In this document: positions 12,667 through 26,386 of the stretch, in pieces | Numbering within the stretch: the first letter of the stretch is position 1 | How the letters are laid out: each line of letters begins with the position of its first letter | Source of the DNA: Octopus sinensis | Taxonomy: Eukaryota | Direction of reading: 5' to 3' | NCBI RefSeq assembly: GCF_006345805.1 | Contig: NC_043026.1 | Coordinates: forward strand, 10,850,001-10,914,000 | DNA length: 64,000 bases | Notes under the pieces: generated by a model | Told to the model about the DNA's origin: nothing | Seen by the model: the letters and a program-made list of their open reading frames with translations, nothing else | Databases searched by the model: none | Translations under genes and position numbers: made by a program

Positions 12667-15600
12667 CTACTTACCTACCTATCTACCTACATACCTACTT
12701 ATCTATCTATCTGTCTATCTATGCAGGTGTTGCTGTGTGGTTTTGAAATTTGCTTCCCAACCACATGGTTTTGGGTTCAGTCCTGTTGTGTAGCACTTTG
12801 GGGCAAGTGTCTTCTGCTGCAGCCCCAGGTAACCAAAGCCTCGCTGTGTGTGTGTGTATGTTTGTGTCTTCTTGTCTTGACATCATGTGATGCTTGTAAA
12901 TGAGTGTCACTGTCATACAAGTGGTGTGTCATTCCTTTCCAGTTCTCTGTGAAAGCATTACTGGCTGCTGTAGCCTTGAATTTACTGAAGCATTGTGAGT
13001 TGGGTTAGTAGATGGAAACTGGAAGAAGCCCTTGTGTGTGTGTGTGTGTGCCATGTAAAAAGCACTCAGTCCACTCTACATGGTGGTTGGTATTAAGAAT
13101 GGCATCCAGCCATATAGACCATTCCAAAACACAGTAGCCTAGTGCAGTCGATCTACCTGGCTGGCTCCTGTGAAACCATTCAACCCATGCCAGCATGGAA
13201 GACAGACGTTGAGTGATGAGGATTATATATCCAATCATAACTCACCCTACATCATTAATCGGTTCCAGAGGACATGACTTCAGTCGAAATAACCATCATT
13301 TAAATGTATATATATATGTGTTTGTGTGTCTGTGTTTGTCCCCCTAGCATTGCTTGACAACCGATGCTGGTGTGTTTATGTCCCCGTTACTTAGCGGTTC
13401 GGCAAAAGAGACCGATAGAATAAGTACTGGGCTTACAAAAAGAATAAGTCCCGGGGTCGAGTTGCTCGATTAAAGGCGGTGCTCCAGCATGGCTGCAGTC
13501 AAATGACTGAAACAAGTAAAAGAGTAATAATTAAAACCAAGGCTCGCCTAGTTTGTTTTCATGCTAGCCTACAAATTCGGTAAATTGCTGGGCAGGTCTA
13601 GGCTGCTTTTATATTAAGAAGAAATTTCATATACTTTACTGTTGCCTACCTGGTGCCTGACGTTGGTGTTACTCGTTGAGGCTGATGTAGGAGGAGGAGA
13701 AGATTACACACAAGATCTTGATGGTTGGGGATCATCAGCTGACTCCTGTTGTGACAGTGTAGATCGTGAGAACTTGTCTAAACTTCCTTGAATTGTCTTT
13801 TTCTTCTCTTCAAAGGATTAGGTAATAAGGTGCAATAGTATCTTGACGACCCGCCTAATATTTTTACAAAACGTTGGTGCATTGGGATCTATTTTCTCAA
13901 AGCAAAACGTTTCGAGTATGATTGTTACGAGTGTCACCTTACTGGCACTTGTGCATGTGCTAGTAGGGTGCCAAGAGCACCATCTGAGCGTGATCGTTGC
14001 CAGAGCAGCCAACTGGCTTCCGTACCTGTGGCACGTAAAAGGACACCATTCGAGCGGGATCATTACCAATGTCGCTTCTCTGGCACCTGTGCTGGTGGCA
14101 TGTGTGAAAAGATTCGAGCGAGGTAGTTGCCAGTACTGCCTGACTGGCCCCCGTGCAGGTGGTACGTAAAAAGCACCCACTACACTCTCGGAGTGGTTGG
14201 CGTTAGGAAGGGCATCCAGCTGTAGAAACACTGCCAAATCAAGATTGGAGCCTGTTGCAGCTATCTGGTTCGTCAGCCTTCAGTCAAAATCGTCCAACCC
14301 ATGCTAGCATGGAAAGCGATCGTTAAACGATGATGAAATAAGAAAAAGCCTCTTGCATTTTCTTCAACATAAAACCACGTGGCTTGTGATCAGTGATGCA
14401 TGCTGTATCTTAACATTAATTTTAATATGCTTTACAGATTGTTTCTGTTATTTTATTTATTTCCCAGAGAAGAATATGAATGTAACCAATCGATACAACC
14501 CGGAACTAACAGTACAGTATAGCATGACCATCACTGCTGTTTTGCGAGGCAACATAAATTAATACTGTATCTAATATTTATTTAATATTTTAGAGAGACC
14601 AACAGATCTTCGGAAATGATGTAAGTTGAAATGACTTAACCAGAGGTATATATGTGTATACACACACACACACACACACAGGTAAAGACTCCCTTTGGTC
14701 ATGAATGACCATAAGATTGCACCTAAAAAGTTCCCTTTTGAGGCACAAGTCCAGGCAAAGTTGTTTATGGAAGACCAACAGTCACCCATGCATACCAGCC
14801 TCCCTTCTCCGTGCAACTGATGTTATCCAAAGGAAGGGCAAAGGCTGATACAGCTTGGCACCAGTGATGTCGCAATTCGTTTCTACAGCTGAATGAATTG
14901 GAGCAACATGAAATACATAGCGTTTTGCTTAAGAACACAGCACGCCCTGGTCTGGGAATCGAACCCACTATCTCATGACTGTAAATCCGACACTCTAACC
15001 ACTGAGCCATGTACCTATATACATACAGATGTATGTATATACACACATACATCATCGTCATCGTTTAACGTCCATTTTCCGCGCTAGCACAGGTTGGACG
15101 GTTCGACCGGGGTCTGGGAAGCCAGGAGGCTGCACCAGGCTCCAGTCTGATCTGGCAGTGTTTCTACAGTTGGATGCCCTTCCTAACGCCAACCACTCCG
15201 TGAGTGTAGTGGGTGCTTATTACGTGCCACCGGCACAGAAGACTGTCAAACTGTGTATGTTTGTCTCCTTGTCTTAACATTATATGATAGTTGTAAATGA
15301 GTGTTACTATTGTATAAACAGTCTTTCATTTCCAGTATTCTGTGAAAGCATATCAGAACTTGGGGAAATATTACTTTGCTTGGCAACAGATGAGGAGCAG
15401 TACCCAGAGGTAACCTTGTGCCAGGTGATGAAAGGTTAAAGTATGATAGGCAGAAATAGGAGTCTTGCTGTAGAGGAAATACATGGCTACCCCCAGATGG
15501 AAAAGAGAGATGGTAGTGGTGAAGATGTTTTAGGGCATACCTTTCGAGTTACATGGAAGTGAATATAAGTAATACAGGGAATTGGACAGGATGAATGGGG

Positions 15601-18600
15601 GTAGGTAAGTTTATGAGAGTCGGAGGTTAGATGGGAAATGCACATGTGGAGGGAGTGTGTTAGGAAGATGAGCTGTGAGGGAGAAATTCGTTGGGCAGAT
15701 TGTGTGTAGGGGCATAGACATAAATGAGGCCTTTAGAGGCTCAATTTTTCTTAGATGGATGGGTCTTAGTGAGCATGATTGTCTGATTTCTTCCTCATCT
15801 TTACAGTGAGGTTAAGCATTCAGAGGTCATTCTTCACCACTTCATCCCACATCTTCCTGGGTCTCCTCCTTTTACAGGTTTCATCTGCATTTAGGGATGA
15901 GCACTTCTTTATGCAACTGTTCTCATTCATATACATTATGTGACCATACCAGCACGGCCTTCTCTCTTGCACACTCCGTTTTGATGCCTCTTGTACCCAG
16001 TTTTTCTCTCAACATATTTGCATCTTGTTGTACATACTCTGACCGCTAGGGATACTGTATTTTGTTATGCAACCGTAATATGCCACAAAGTATATTAAAC
16101 GTTTTTATAAGTTGGTACCGTGTTAGCAGTGCTATTACATCTCTTGTTAAGGTTATTCATATGATTAATGGGTTGGCATATATGCTCATTACCCATTTTA
16201 CATCTATGACCTCTTTCGCATCAGGCATCAGAGATACAAAGCGTCATAACAAAATTCGTACTGGCTATAATTTCTATAGAAAATCAGTAGAGTGTCTGTG
16301 TGGTAAGTAGCTTGCTAACCAACCACATGGTTCCGGGTTCAGTCCCACTGCGTGGCACCTTGGGTAAGTGTCTTCTACTATAGCCCCGGGCTGACCAATG
16401 CCTTGTGAGTGGATTTGGTAGACGGAAACTGAAAGAAACCTGTCGTATATATGTATATATGGGTGTGTGTGTCTGTGTTTGTCCCCCTAGCATTGCTTGA
16501 CAACCGATGCTGGTGTGTTTACGTCCCTGTCATTTAGCGGTTCGGCAAAAAGAGACCGATAGAATAAGTACTGGGCTTACAAAGAATAAGTCCCGGGGTC
16601 GAGTTGCTCGACTAAAGGCGGTGCTCCAGCATGGCCGCAGTCAAATGACTGAAACAAGTAAAAAAAAAAAAAAAAGAGGTAATCTTAACAAGTGATACAT
16701 TCTGGTGTTGCACATCCTGCAAAGTACGTTAGCGATAACTCTTCCAAGCCTTCCCATGTTCTCTACATTCAGGACCCATGCTTCACTACCATATAGCATC
16801 GCTCTTCATGCACAAGCATCATACAATCTGACTTTCACTCTGAAGGAGAAGCCTTTTGTTACCCACAGAGGTAATATATCTCTGAACTTCCTCTAACCAG
16901 CAGTTCTTATTTTATTAATTATATTTTCAGAGCTTCCTCCTCCATTGCTAATTAAGTCAGCTAGGTGACAAAAACTGTCTACTACCTGTAGGGATCCTCA
17001 TCATCATCATCATCGTTTAACATGTTTTCTGTGCTGGCATGGGTTGGACGGTTCGACTGGAGTCTGGGAAGCCAGGAGGCTCCACCAGGCTCCAGTCTGA
17101 TCTGGCAGTGTTTCTACAGCTGGATGCCCTTCCTAACGCCAACCACTCCGTGAGTGTAGTGACTGCTTTTTACGTGCCACCGGCACAGAAGCCAGTCGAG
17201 GCGGCGCTGGCATCGGCCACGTTCGGATGGTGATTTTTATATGCCACCGGCACAGGTATCACAACTACCTTGACATTTAAAGAAATCTATTTCCAGTGTG
17301 TTCTTAGTGTTTACTACTCCTGCACATTTGTTAACATTTCTGTGATTCTGTTGCACCTGCACCTTTTGTGTGTCCATAGTTTGCACTTAATTCACCATAC
17401 AAAATTTCCACCTGTACCTTTACTCTAATATCAGACAGGCCCATTTTCCTGAAGAGACTGATTTGTTTTCTTGCTTACTAGAACTGCAGTCTTTGCTCAG
17501 TTGACTTTAAGGCCTTAGGATACCAGGTTTTGCTTTCACACCGGATATTTCTTTTTTCATTCTACTACAGATTCATCTGTAAAAACAAGGCCATGTGCAT
17601 AGAGGAGCTTTCATGGACAACTAGTTTTAACCCTTTCATTACTGTATTTATTTTGGGATGCTCTGAGTTTCTTTCAATTGATTTTAAATATAACAGAGAA
17701 TTTAGTAAAATAACTTAGTTATCATTCAGCTAGTATTAGGAACATAAATTGTGACTTAAGTTTGGTGGAAGATTTTAATTCAAAACTTACAAAAACAAGA
17801 CATTTGTACTCAGAGCCAGAGCCGGTTTCAGCCGGGTTGGTAACGAAAGGGTTAAACTCCTCTGCTATGACCTGCAAGACTATGATAAATAAGAGGGGAT
17901 TGAGAATCAAGTGTTGTTGTGTTCCTGCTTACACTGCAGTGACCACCAGCTGTGTGAGCAAGACTCCCTGTCGAATGCTTTCTTCATGTTGACAAATGCT
18001 TAAGGATTGGCTAAAAGCTTCTGCAGCTGCCTTTCTTTTGTAGTGCTTTTGTCTACATCAAAACCAAACTGCATCTCATCTAGGATAACTCTCTACCTAA
18101 TGAGTTGAGCTATAACCCTTTCTGTAAGTTTCGTGACCTGCTCCAGCAATTTGATACCTCTGTAATTGCTTCTGTTTAAGGCATCACCATCACCTTTGTA
18201 GCATTTGACTATAATGTTTCTTCACCAGTTGTGGGTGTCCCTGCTTCCTGGACAACCTGATTTAACTATATGAGTGATTAGGCTTTATCCCACTCCACCA
18301 AATATTTTGAGCATCTCCGCAGTAATTCCAGATGGACCAGGAGCTTTCCTTGTTTTCATATCCTTAATTGTTTTAGCTACCATGCTGCTGTCAACTCGGA
18401 TAATTGTGTTGGTTTCCCATTAGGAAGACTCCCTTTTTCTTATGCATTCCCCACATTTAACAGCTCTTCATAGTAACACTTCCATGCCCCCTTTTTTCAA
18501 AATCCCTAAGTACAGGTGTACCATCATCAACCTGTACAAAATTCTCTCCTGCATCATAATTTACTCTGCAAAACTGCTTTGCGATGCAGAACACCTCAAA

Positions 18601-20315
18601 CTTTTGGTCCTCATACTGTGGAACATTGGCAAGCCTCCTCCTTTCTGCATTTTCCCTTGTCAGACAGAACTGCTGCCCTGCTTCTTCCAATCCTTCCAGG
18701 ACTGTCTCTTCATTTTTATGGCTCTGTTTACTTCACTGCTCCACCCCAATGTCACTCATCCTCTGGCTGGAATTTTGCATCAGCCACACACTTGGTCTGT
18801 TCCTCTCAAAAGGTTGTCCCAAAGGAACTTTTGGTTCTCTTCTACTTTATATAACTCTGTCTCCTCCTGCTTCTCATCAAATGTTTCAGTTTTCTCTAAT
18901 TTTATAACTGTAGGCCGAATCTTTCTCTTTAGCATTCAGATTAATCTGCCAAATGTAATGCTGATTTATTCATATTTCAGGATAGTCCTTTGTGTGTGTG
19001 GTGTGTGTCTGATGAAAGATTTCCAGACAATAGACATAAAATAACAACTAACAAACAAGTGAAGAATGACTATATATAGTGGGTGTGTTATTGCACCCGT
19101 GATCACTAGATAGTGATTTCAATTCCTAGACTGGGTGATGTGCTGTGTTCTTGAGCAAAACACTTCATTTCGTGTTGCTCTGCGATCACTTCAACACCTG
19201 ACATGTGGTACTCTGTTGCACCTGTTCAGACTATGTTGATTTGATGGAGGGAGTGCGTTAATGTGTAGCACAAACATTTGATCACCATAAAGAAATCAGT
19301 TGTGCAGATCGTTCATCAAAAGCTGAATGCTCATACATTGTCTTCAACAGGAGAGTCCACCATCTATCTATCCATCTATCTATCTATCTATCTAACTATC
19401 TACCTATCTATCTACCTACCTATCTACCTACCTACCTACCTATCTACCTACCTACCTACCTACCTACCTACCTACCTATCAACCCACCTATCTACCTACC
19501 TACCTACCCACCTATCTATCTACCTACCTACCTACCTACCTACCTACCTATCAACCCACCTATCTACCTACCTATCTACCTACCTACCTACCTAACTACC
19601 TACCTATCTACCTACCTACCTATCAACCCACCTATCTACCTATCAACCCACCTACCTACCTACCTACCTATCTACCTACCTTCCTATCAACCCACCTATC
19701 TACCTACCTATCTACCTACGTATCTATATATATAGTATATGATATAATATGCTGTGTCATCTTGTAGGATGAGATCCACCACAAATCAGCCTGACGTATG
19801 TATATTGTGATACTAGTGCTTGAATAGATACTGAGATTCTATATATCACTGATAGAGGAATCAGATGCTATGTCTAGCTGGACATCTGCCATTAACAAGG
19901 CCAAGGAAGGCTGAGATCATATGGTCTGGCAGTTTCAGTGGCTGTAGCAGATAGTTCTCACCTGCTAGCAATATAAACAGGAGTGCTTTTAGGCACCTCA
20001 AGTCCATGTGAGATGTTCTCTCAAGCTAAATAATGCAGTATTCTTGGTTCTAGCACAACATCCACTTTAAGTGGGAGATAAATATTAGCCTTTGGTATTA
20101 ATACTGCTTCTGTTGCTATAAATTATGTATTTCTTGTGTGGCAGGCATATCACTGTGCTTGATGGCAAAAATTTCTGTGCTGGTGAATTGTTGCTTGACG
20201 ACCACATGATTTCAGGTTTAGTCCCACTGCATGGCATTGTGAGCAAGTGTCTTCTGCTATAGCCTCAAGCTGACCAACAGATGTTAGATGGAAACTGAAA
20301 GAAGCCTGTCATACA

Positions 20316-20370
<55 letters not shown>

Positions 20371-21371
20371 CGAGCTGGCAGACACGTTAGCGTGCCGGGC
20401 GGAATGCTTAGCGGTATTTCGTCTCTCGTTATGTTCTGAGTTCAAATTCCACCGAGGTCGACTTTGCCTTTCATCCTTTCGGGGTCGATAAATTAAGTAC
20501 CAGTTTCTCACTGAGGTCGATGTAATCGACTTAATCCCTTTGTCTGTCCTTGTTTGTCCTCTCTATATTTAGCCCCTTGTAGGCAATAAAGAAATATATA
20601 TATATGTGTGTGTGTGTGTATATAATACACACCCATGTGTCAGTGTTGGTCCCCCACCACCACTTGACAACTGGTGTTGGTGTGTTTACATCCCTGTAGC
20701 TTAGCAGTTTGACAAAAGAGACCGATATAAAAAGTACCAAACTTAAAAAAAATCTATTGGGATTGATTCATTTGACTAAAAATTCTTCACTATGGTGCTC
20801 CAGCATGACCACAGTCAAATGATTGAGACAAGTAAAAGATAACAGATTAATTAATATGATTCTGGGTTTCCTGCACATATGGAAAAGACAGAATAGTCAA
20901 TGCTGGAAGGCTGTTTTGCTTGGTAATAGTTAAATATATGGTTTTGATGATTCAGTTTGAGTGTGTGTGTGTATGTATATATATATATATATATATATAC
21001 AACTTACAAATAAAGGCAAACGAAAAAAATTTCTAATGCCAAATATGCCGAAAATTGGACATATTGTCCATTACCATATAATTTATCACAATACGCACAC
21101 TACTCGAAAAAAAGCCGACAGAAATTTCTAAAAAAATTCCATTATTACCATATCGGACCGATTTCAGGGTTAGTTCGTAAGAACCCTCCCTTCGTCAGTG
21201 ATAAACGTGGTAAAGTAATAAATGAGATACTTACTCATACCCATGGAAGAAGCAAAACACTAAGTCATGAGCACAACTAAGTACCCCAAATACATCCAAA
21301 ATAGAAATAAGGTATTTTTTAATATGCTGGCCATTGATAAAAATTTTTTTTGAAAAAAATTTTATCCTACA

Positions 21372-21426
<55 letters not shown>

Positions 21427-21613
21427 GTAGGTCCCGGGTTGATTTGGGGTTAACCACGGTAAATAAGGTACTCAATACATAGCAGAGTAAATTAATTTAT
21501 TATATAGAAGGAGCTTCTACAGGACTAGAACTGTTTCATTCAAGAGAAATCTTCAGGGCTTCCTGAAGATTTCTCTTGAATGAAACAGTTCTAGTCCTGT
21601 AGAAGCTCCTTCT

Positions 21614-21646
<33 letters not shown>

Positions 21647-22996
21647 GCATACATGCATACATACATAGCCGATCCTTTGATCCTATCTTCCTCATATTCA
21701 TCCTCTTGATGGTAGACCCTGACATCTTTCACATCCCCCATCATCTTACTTTTTCCAGCTAGAGTAGCCATGTATCTTTTCTACAGAAAGACACCAGTTC
21801 CTATCCTTCAAATACACTCTTACCTCTCAACGCCTGGCATAAACCCACCCCACTCAAGACCCCACATGCAGTCAGGGGACCTTGTTTTGTGACCTACTTG
21901 GTTACTTTGTTAGTGATGATGATATGAAAATATACAGGTGCAGCTGTGGCTGTGTAAGTAGCTTGCTTACCAACCACATGGTTCTGGGTTCAGTCTCACT
22001 GCGTGGCACCTTGGGCAAGTGTCTTCTTCTATAGCCTCAGGCCAACCAAAGCCTTGCGAGTGGATTTGGGAGACGGAAACTGAAAGAAGCCCATCACATG
22101 ATATATATGTGTGTGTGCACGTGTTAGTCCCTCACCACCAGTTGACAACTGGTGGTGGTGTGTTTACACCTCCATAACTTAGCAGGTTTGCAAAAGAAAC
22201 TAATAAAATAAGTACTAGGTTTCAAACAATAATGTCCTAGGTTCAATTTGTTGGACCAAAACACTTGCGGGTGGTGCCCCAACATGGCTGCAGTCAAATG
22301 ACACACCATCGGAGTCGATAAATTAAGTACCTATTTCTTTACTACCCACAAGGGGCTAAACACAGAGGGGATGAACAAGGACAGACAAACGGATTAAATC
22401 GATCACGTCGACCTTGGCGGAATTTAAACTCGGAACATAACGGCACACAAAATACCACTAAGCATTTCGCCCGGCGCGCTAACGTTTCTGCCAGCTCTCC
22501 GCCTTCGATAAATTAAGTACCAGTTACTCACTGGGGTCGATGTAATTGACTTAATCCCTTTGTCCTTGTTTAGCCCCTTGTGGGCAATAAAGAAATAGGT
22601 ATAACAGGAACCAGTGCCAAACTCCTATGTTACTGCAAGTACTAGGTGCTTTTTTTTGTGTGTGTGCACTAGTGAGGTTGCTAGGTAACTTGGAAGGCAA
22701 GACCCTGAGATAGAGTGGGGATGCAGTACTCAGGGAGGTGTAACCATAGCCGCTATAGCCTGTGCTGCTGGACTTGCAAGGACCTGACTAGAACACTGCA
22801 TTTGGAACACTTCACATATTGTATGATTTTCGTGCAAATTCGGTAAGTAGCTTGCTTACCAACCACATGGTTCTGGGTTCAGTCCCACTGCGTGACATCT
22901 TGGGCAAGTGTCTTCTACTATAGCCTCGGGCTGACCAAAGCCTTGTGAGTGGATTTCGTAGACGGAAACTGAAAAGAAGCCTGTCGTATATATATG

Positions 22997-23035
<39 letters not shown>

Positions 23036-24928
23036 GTGTGTGTGTGTGTTAGTGTGTCTGTGTTTGACCCCCTAGCATTGCTTGACAACCGATGCTGGTG
23101 TGTTTACGTCGCCGTCACTTAGCGGTTTGGCAAAAGAGATGGATAGAATAAGTACTGGGCTTACAAAAAAGAATAAGTCCCGGGGGCGATTTGCTCGACT
23201 AAAAGGCGGTGCTCCAGCATGGCCGCAGTCAAAATGACTGAAGCAAGTAAAAGAGTAAAATTGATGCTGAATCTAAGAGTAAATATGTTGTCGCAAATTC
23301 ACATAGATATAACTCTGTGGTAATTTTTTTTATTCCTTTACTTATTGCGGTCATTTGGCTGCAGCCATGCTGGAGCACCATCTTGAAGGGTTTTCATCAA
23401 CCGCGCGATGACCAAAGCCATGTGAGTGAATTTGGTAGATGGAAACTGGGGAAGTCTGTTGTGTGTAGATATGTATGTCTTTGTGTGTCCCCCCCCACCA
23501 TCACTTGACAACCGGTGTTGCTTTGTTTCTGTCCCTGTACTTAGCAGTTCAGTAAAAGGTACCATAAGAATAAAACAACACTTGGGGGTCAAATTTGCTC
23601 AGCTGTACCCTTCAAGGTGGTGCACCAGCATGGCCACAGTCCAGTGACTGAAATAAAAGCTAACATTGATTTCCACCAAAACTGTTGTCTTATGTAAATA
23701 TGTGAAATATCTGCTGAATTATCAATATTTGAACTTGGTTTGACAAATCCGTTTTTGGTTTTTTGTCACCCACCACAGTCCTTACTTATTGGTCATCGCT
23801 CCTCACCCTGTCTCTAGGGGGGGGGGAATTCTCTCTCTCTCTTTTTACTTGTTTCAGTCATTTGACTGCGGCCATGCTGGAGCACCGCCTTTAATCGAGC
23901 AACTCGACCCTGGGACTTATTCTTTTTTTCTAAGCCCAGTACTTATTCTATCGGTCTCTTTTGCCGAACCGCTAAGTAACGGAGACATAAACACACCAGC
24001 ATCGGTTGTCAAGCACTGCTAGGGCGACAAACAGACACACAAATACATATATATATACATATATACGACGGGCTTCTTTCAGTTTCCGTCTACGAAATCC
24101 ACTCACAAGTTTTTGGTCGGCCCGAGGCTATAGTAGAAAACACTTGCCCAAGGTGCCACGCAGTGGGACTGAACCCGGAACCATGTGGTTGGTAAACAAG
24201 CTACTTACCACACAGCCACTGCTGCGCCTAAATGTCCATTTTTTTTTGACGTTGGTAGCAAGACATTTTCTCTGTAAAATATACATATGTACAGTGTATG
24301 TGTATTCTTTCCAACCTTAACGCTGTGATCATGCTGGAGTGCTGTCTGTGTGTATACGCAAACACACACTCTCACGCACATACTCTGTCTCTTTTACCTT
24401 GGTGAACCTGGAAATTTGTTAAATAGAAATGGCAATCTATTGGGGTCGATAGCAGGAGTCCTTTACGTTCTAGGTTCAAATCTGGCTGAGGTCACTTTTG
24501 CCTTTAGTCGTTCCCAGGTTTTGATAAAATAAAAGGAACCCAGCCAAGTTGCTGGGTTCGATTTCATATGAAGCATAATACCTTCAGATGTGAATTGAAT
24601 TATAACTGAACCGCCTTGAAGGCTTTGCTTCGGCATGGCTACTTTACTCATGCCTAAACCCAATAGATAAAATGTATTTATATATATATATATATATACA
24701 CACATATATATATATATGTATGTATGTATGTATATATGTATGTGTGTATATATATGTATGTATATATGTGTATGTATATATATGTATGTATATATGTGTA
24801 TGTATATATATGTATGTATATATGTGTATGTATATATGTATGTATATATGTATGTATATATATAAGTGTATATATGTATATATATATATGTATATATATA
24901 TATATGTATATATATATGTATATATATG

Positions 24929-24962
<34 letters not shown>

Positions 24963-25543
24963 TCTTTACTGCCCACAAGGGGCTAAACATAGAGGGGACA
25001 AACAAGGACAGACGAAGGGATTGAGTCGATTATATCGCCCCCCAGTGCGAAGCTGGTACTTTATTTATCGACCCCGAAAGGATGAAAGGCAAAGTTGACC
25101 TCGGCGGAATTTGAACTCAGAACGTAACGACAGACGAAATACAGCTAAGCATTTCGCCCGGCGCGCTAACGTGTCTGCCAGCTCGCCGCCATATATATAT
25201 ATATATACACACACGCATTCTCTGTTTTTAATTGTTTTCTCATTTAAATAAACGTTTACTAATTCGACTCTATGTGTTTGAGTGTGTACGAATACATACA
25301 GCTAAGATATAGGCAGCTATATGTGTATCTGTGTGTTTCTCAGTGTATATGTATCTATTTGTCTGTATAGATGTGTGTGCGTGTGTCTATGTATCATACA
25401 AATGGTGTTGACTCAATTCCCTGTACAAGGCCGTATAATTGACGGATATATATATCTTTTTTTTAATCACTTCGTATACGCAAATATATACATAGATCGG
25501 CATGTTGACTTAACTGAGTCCCCCTTTTTACCAAACCGTGAGC

Positions 25544-25610
<67 letters not shown>

Positions 25611-25741
25611 AACTATGTAAATAGAGATGAATGCACCCTATCCGCGTCGTTTATACACAGTCACACGCGCCAGTTTAATACACATTTCTTTGTTATATGT
25701 CTCCTATATACTACACGTTAACACATAGATGCCTACAGTAA

Positions 25742-25797
<56 letters not shown>

Positions 25798-26045
25798 CGC
25801 GAATAATCGTTATAAATATCACCACCAGTGGCCTAGCATGTGTATAAAAAGTCAATAGACAACATATTCGTATTTCAAAATAGAAAATTTACCCTTTAAC
25901 AGGTAATTTTACATGCTAGAAATAGCAGCCAACACGGCCCAAAAAAAATTTGCTATAAAATTGTTTTTTTTTTTTTGACCGTGTTGGCTGCTATTTCTAG
26001 CTTGTAAAATTACCTGTTAAAGGGTAATTTTCTATTTTGAAATAC

Positions 26046-26090
<45 letters not shown>

Positions 26091-26352
26091 CCTCCCTCTT
26101 ATATATACATATAACTTACTCCTGTCGTGTGCACACACATAAAAGCACGCCTTATACACACATACAGCTCACTACTTTATATACATATAGTCATGTATAC
26201 GCAGAAAAACTTACACAAGGAGTGACGCACAGCGCGCACACATAAAAAAAAACTCTCACACACATGCACGTACTCAGTGACACACACACACACATATGCA
26301 TACACATACACAAAGAACTACCTTTTCTCTCGCGCACACACACTTTCGTATA

Positions 26353-26386
<34 letters not shown>

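Noticed and set aside
18442-19044. 200-aa plus-strand ORF
   Set aside because: Antisense to the degenerate RTE LINE; no recognisable protein
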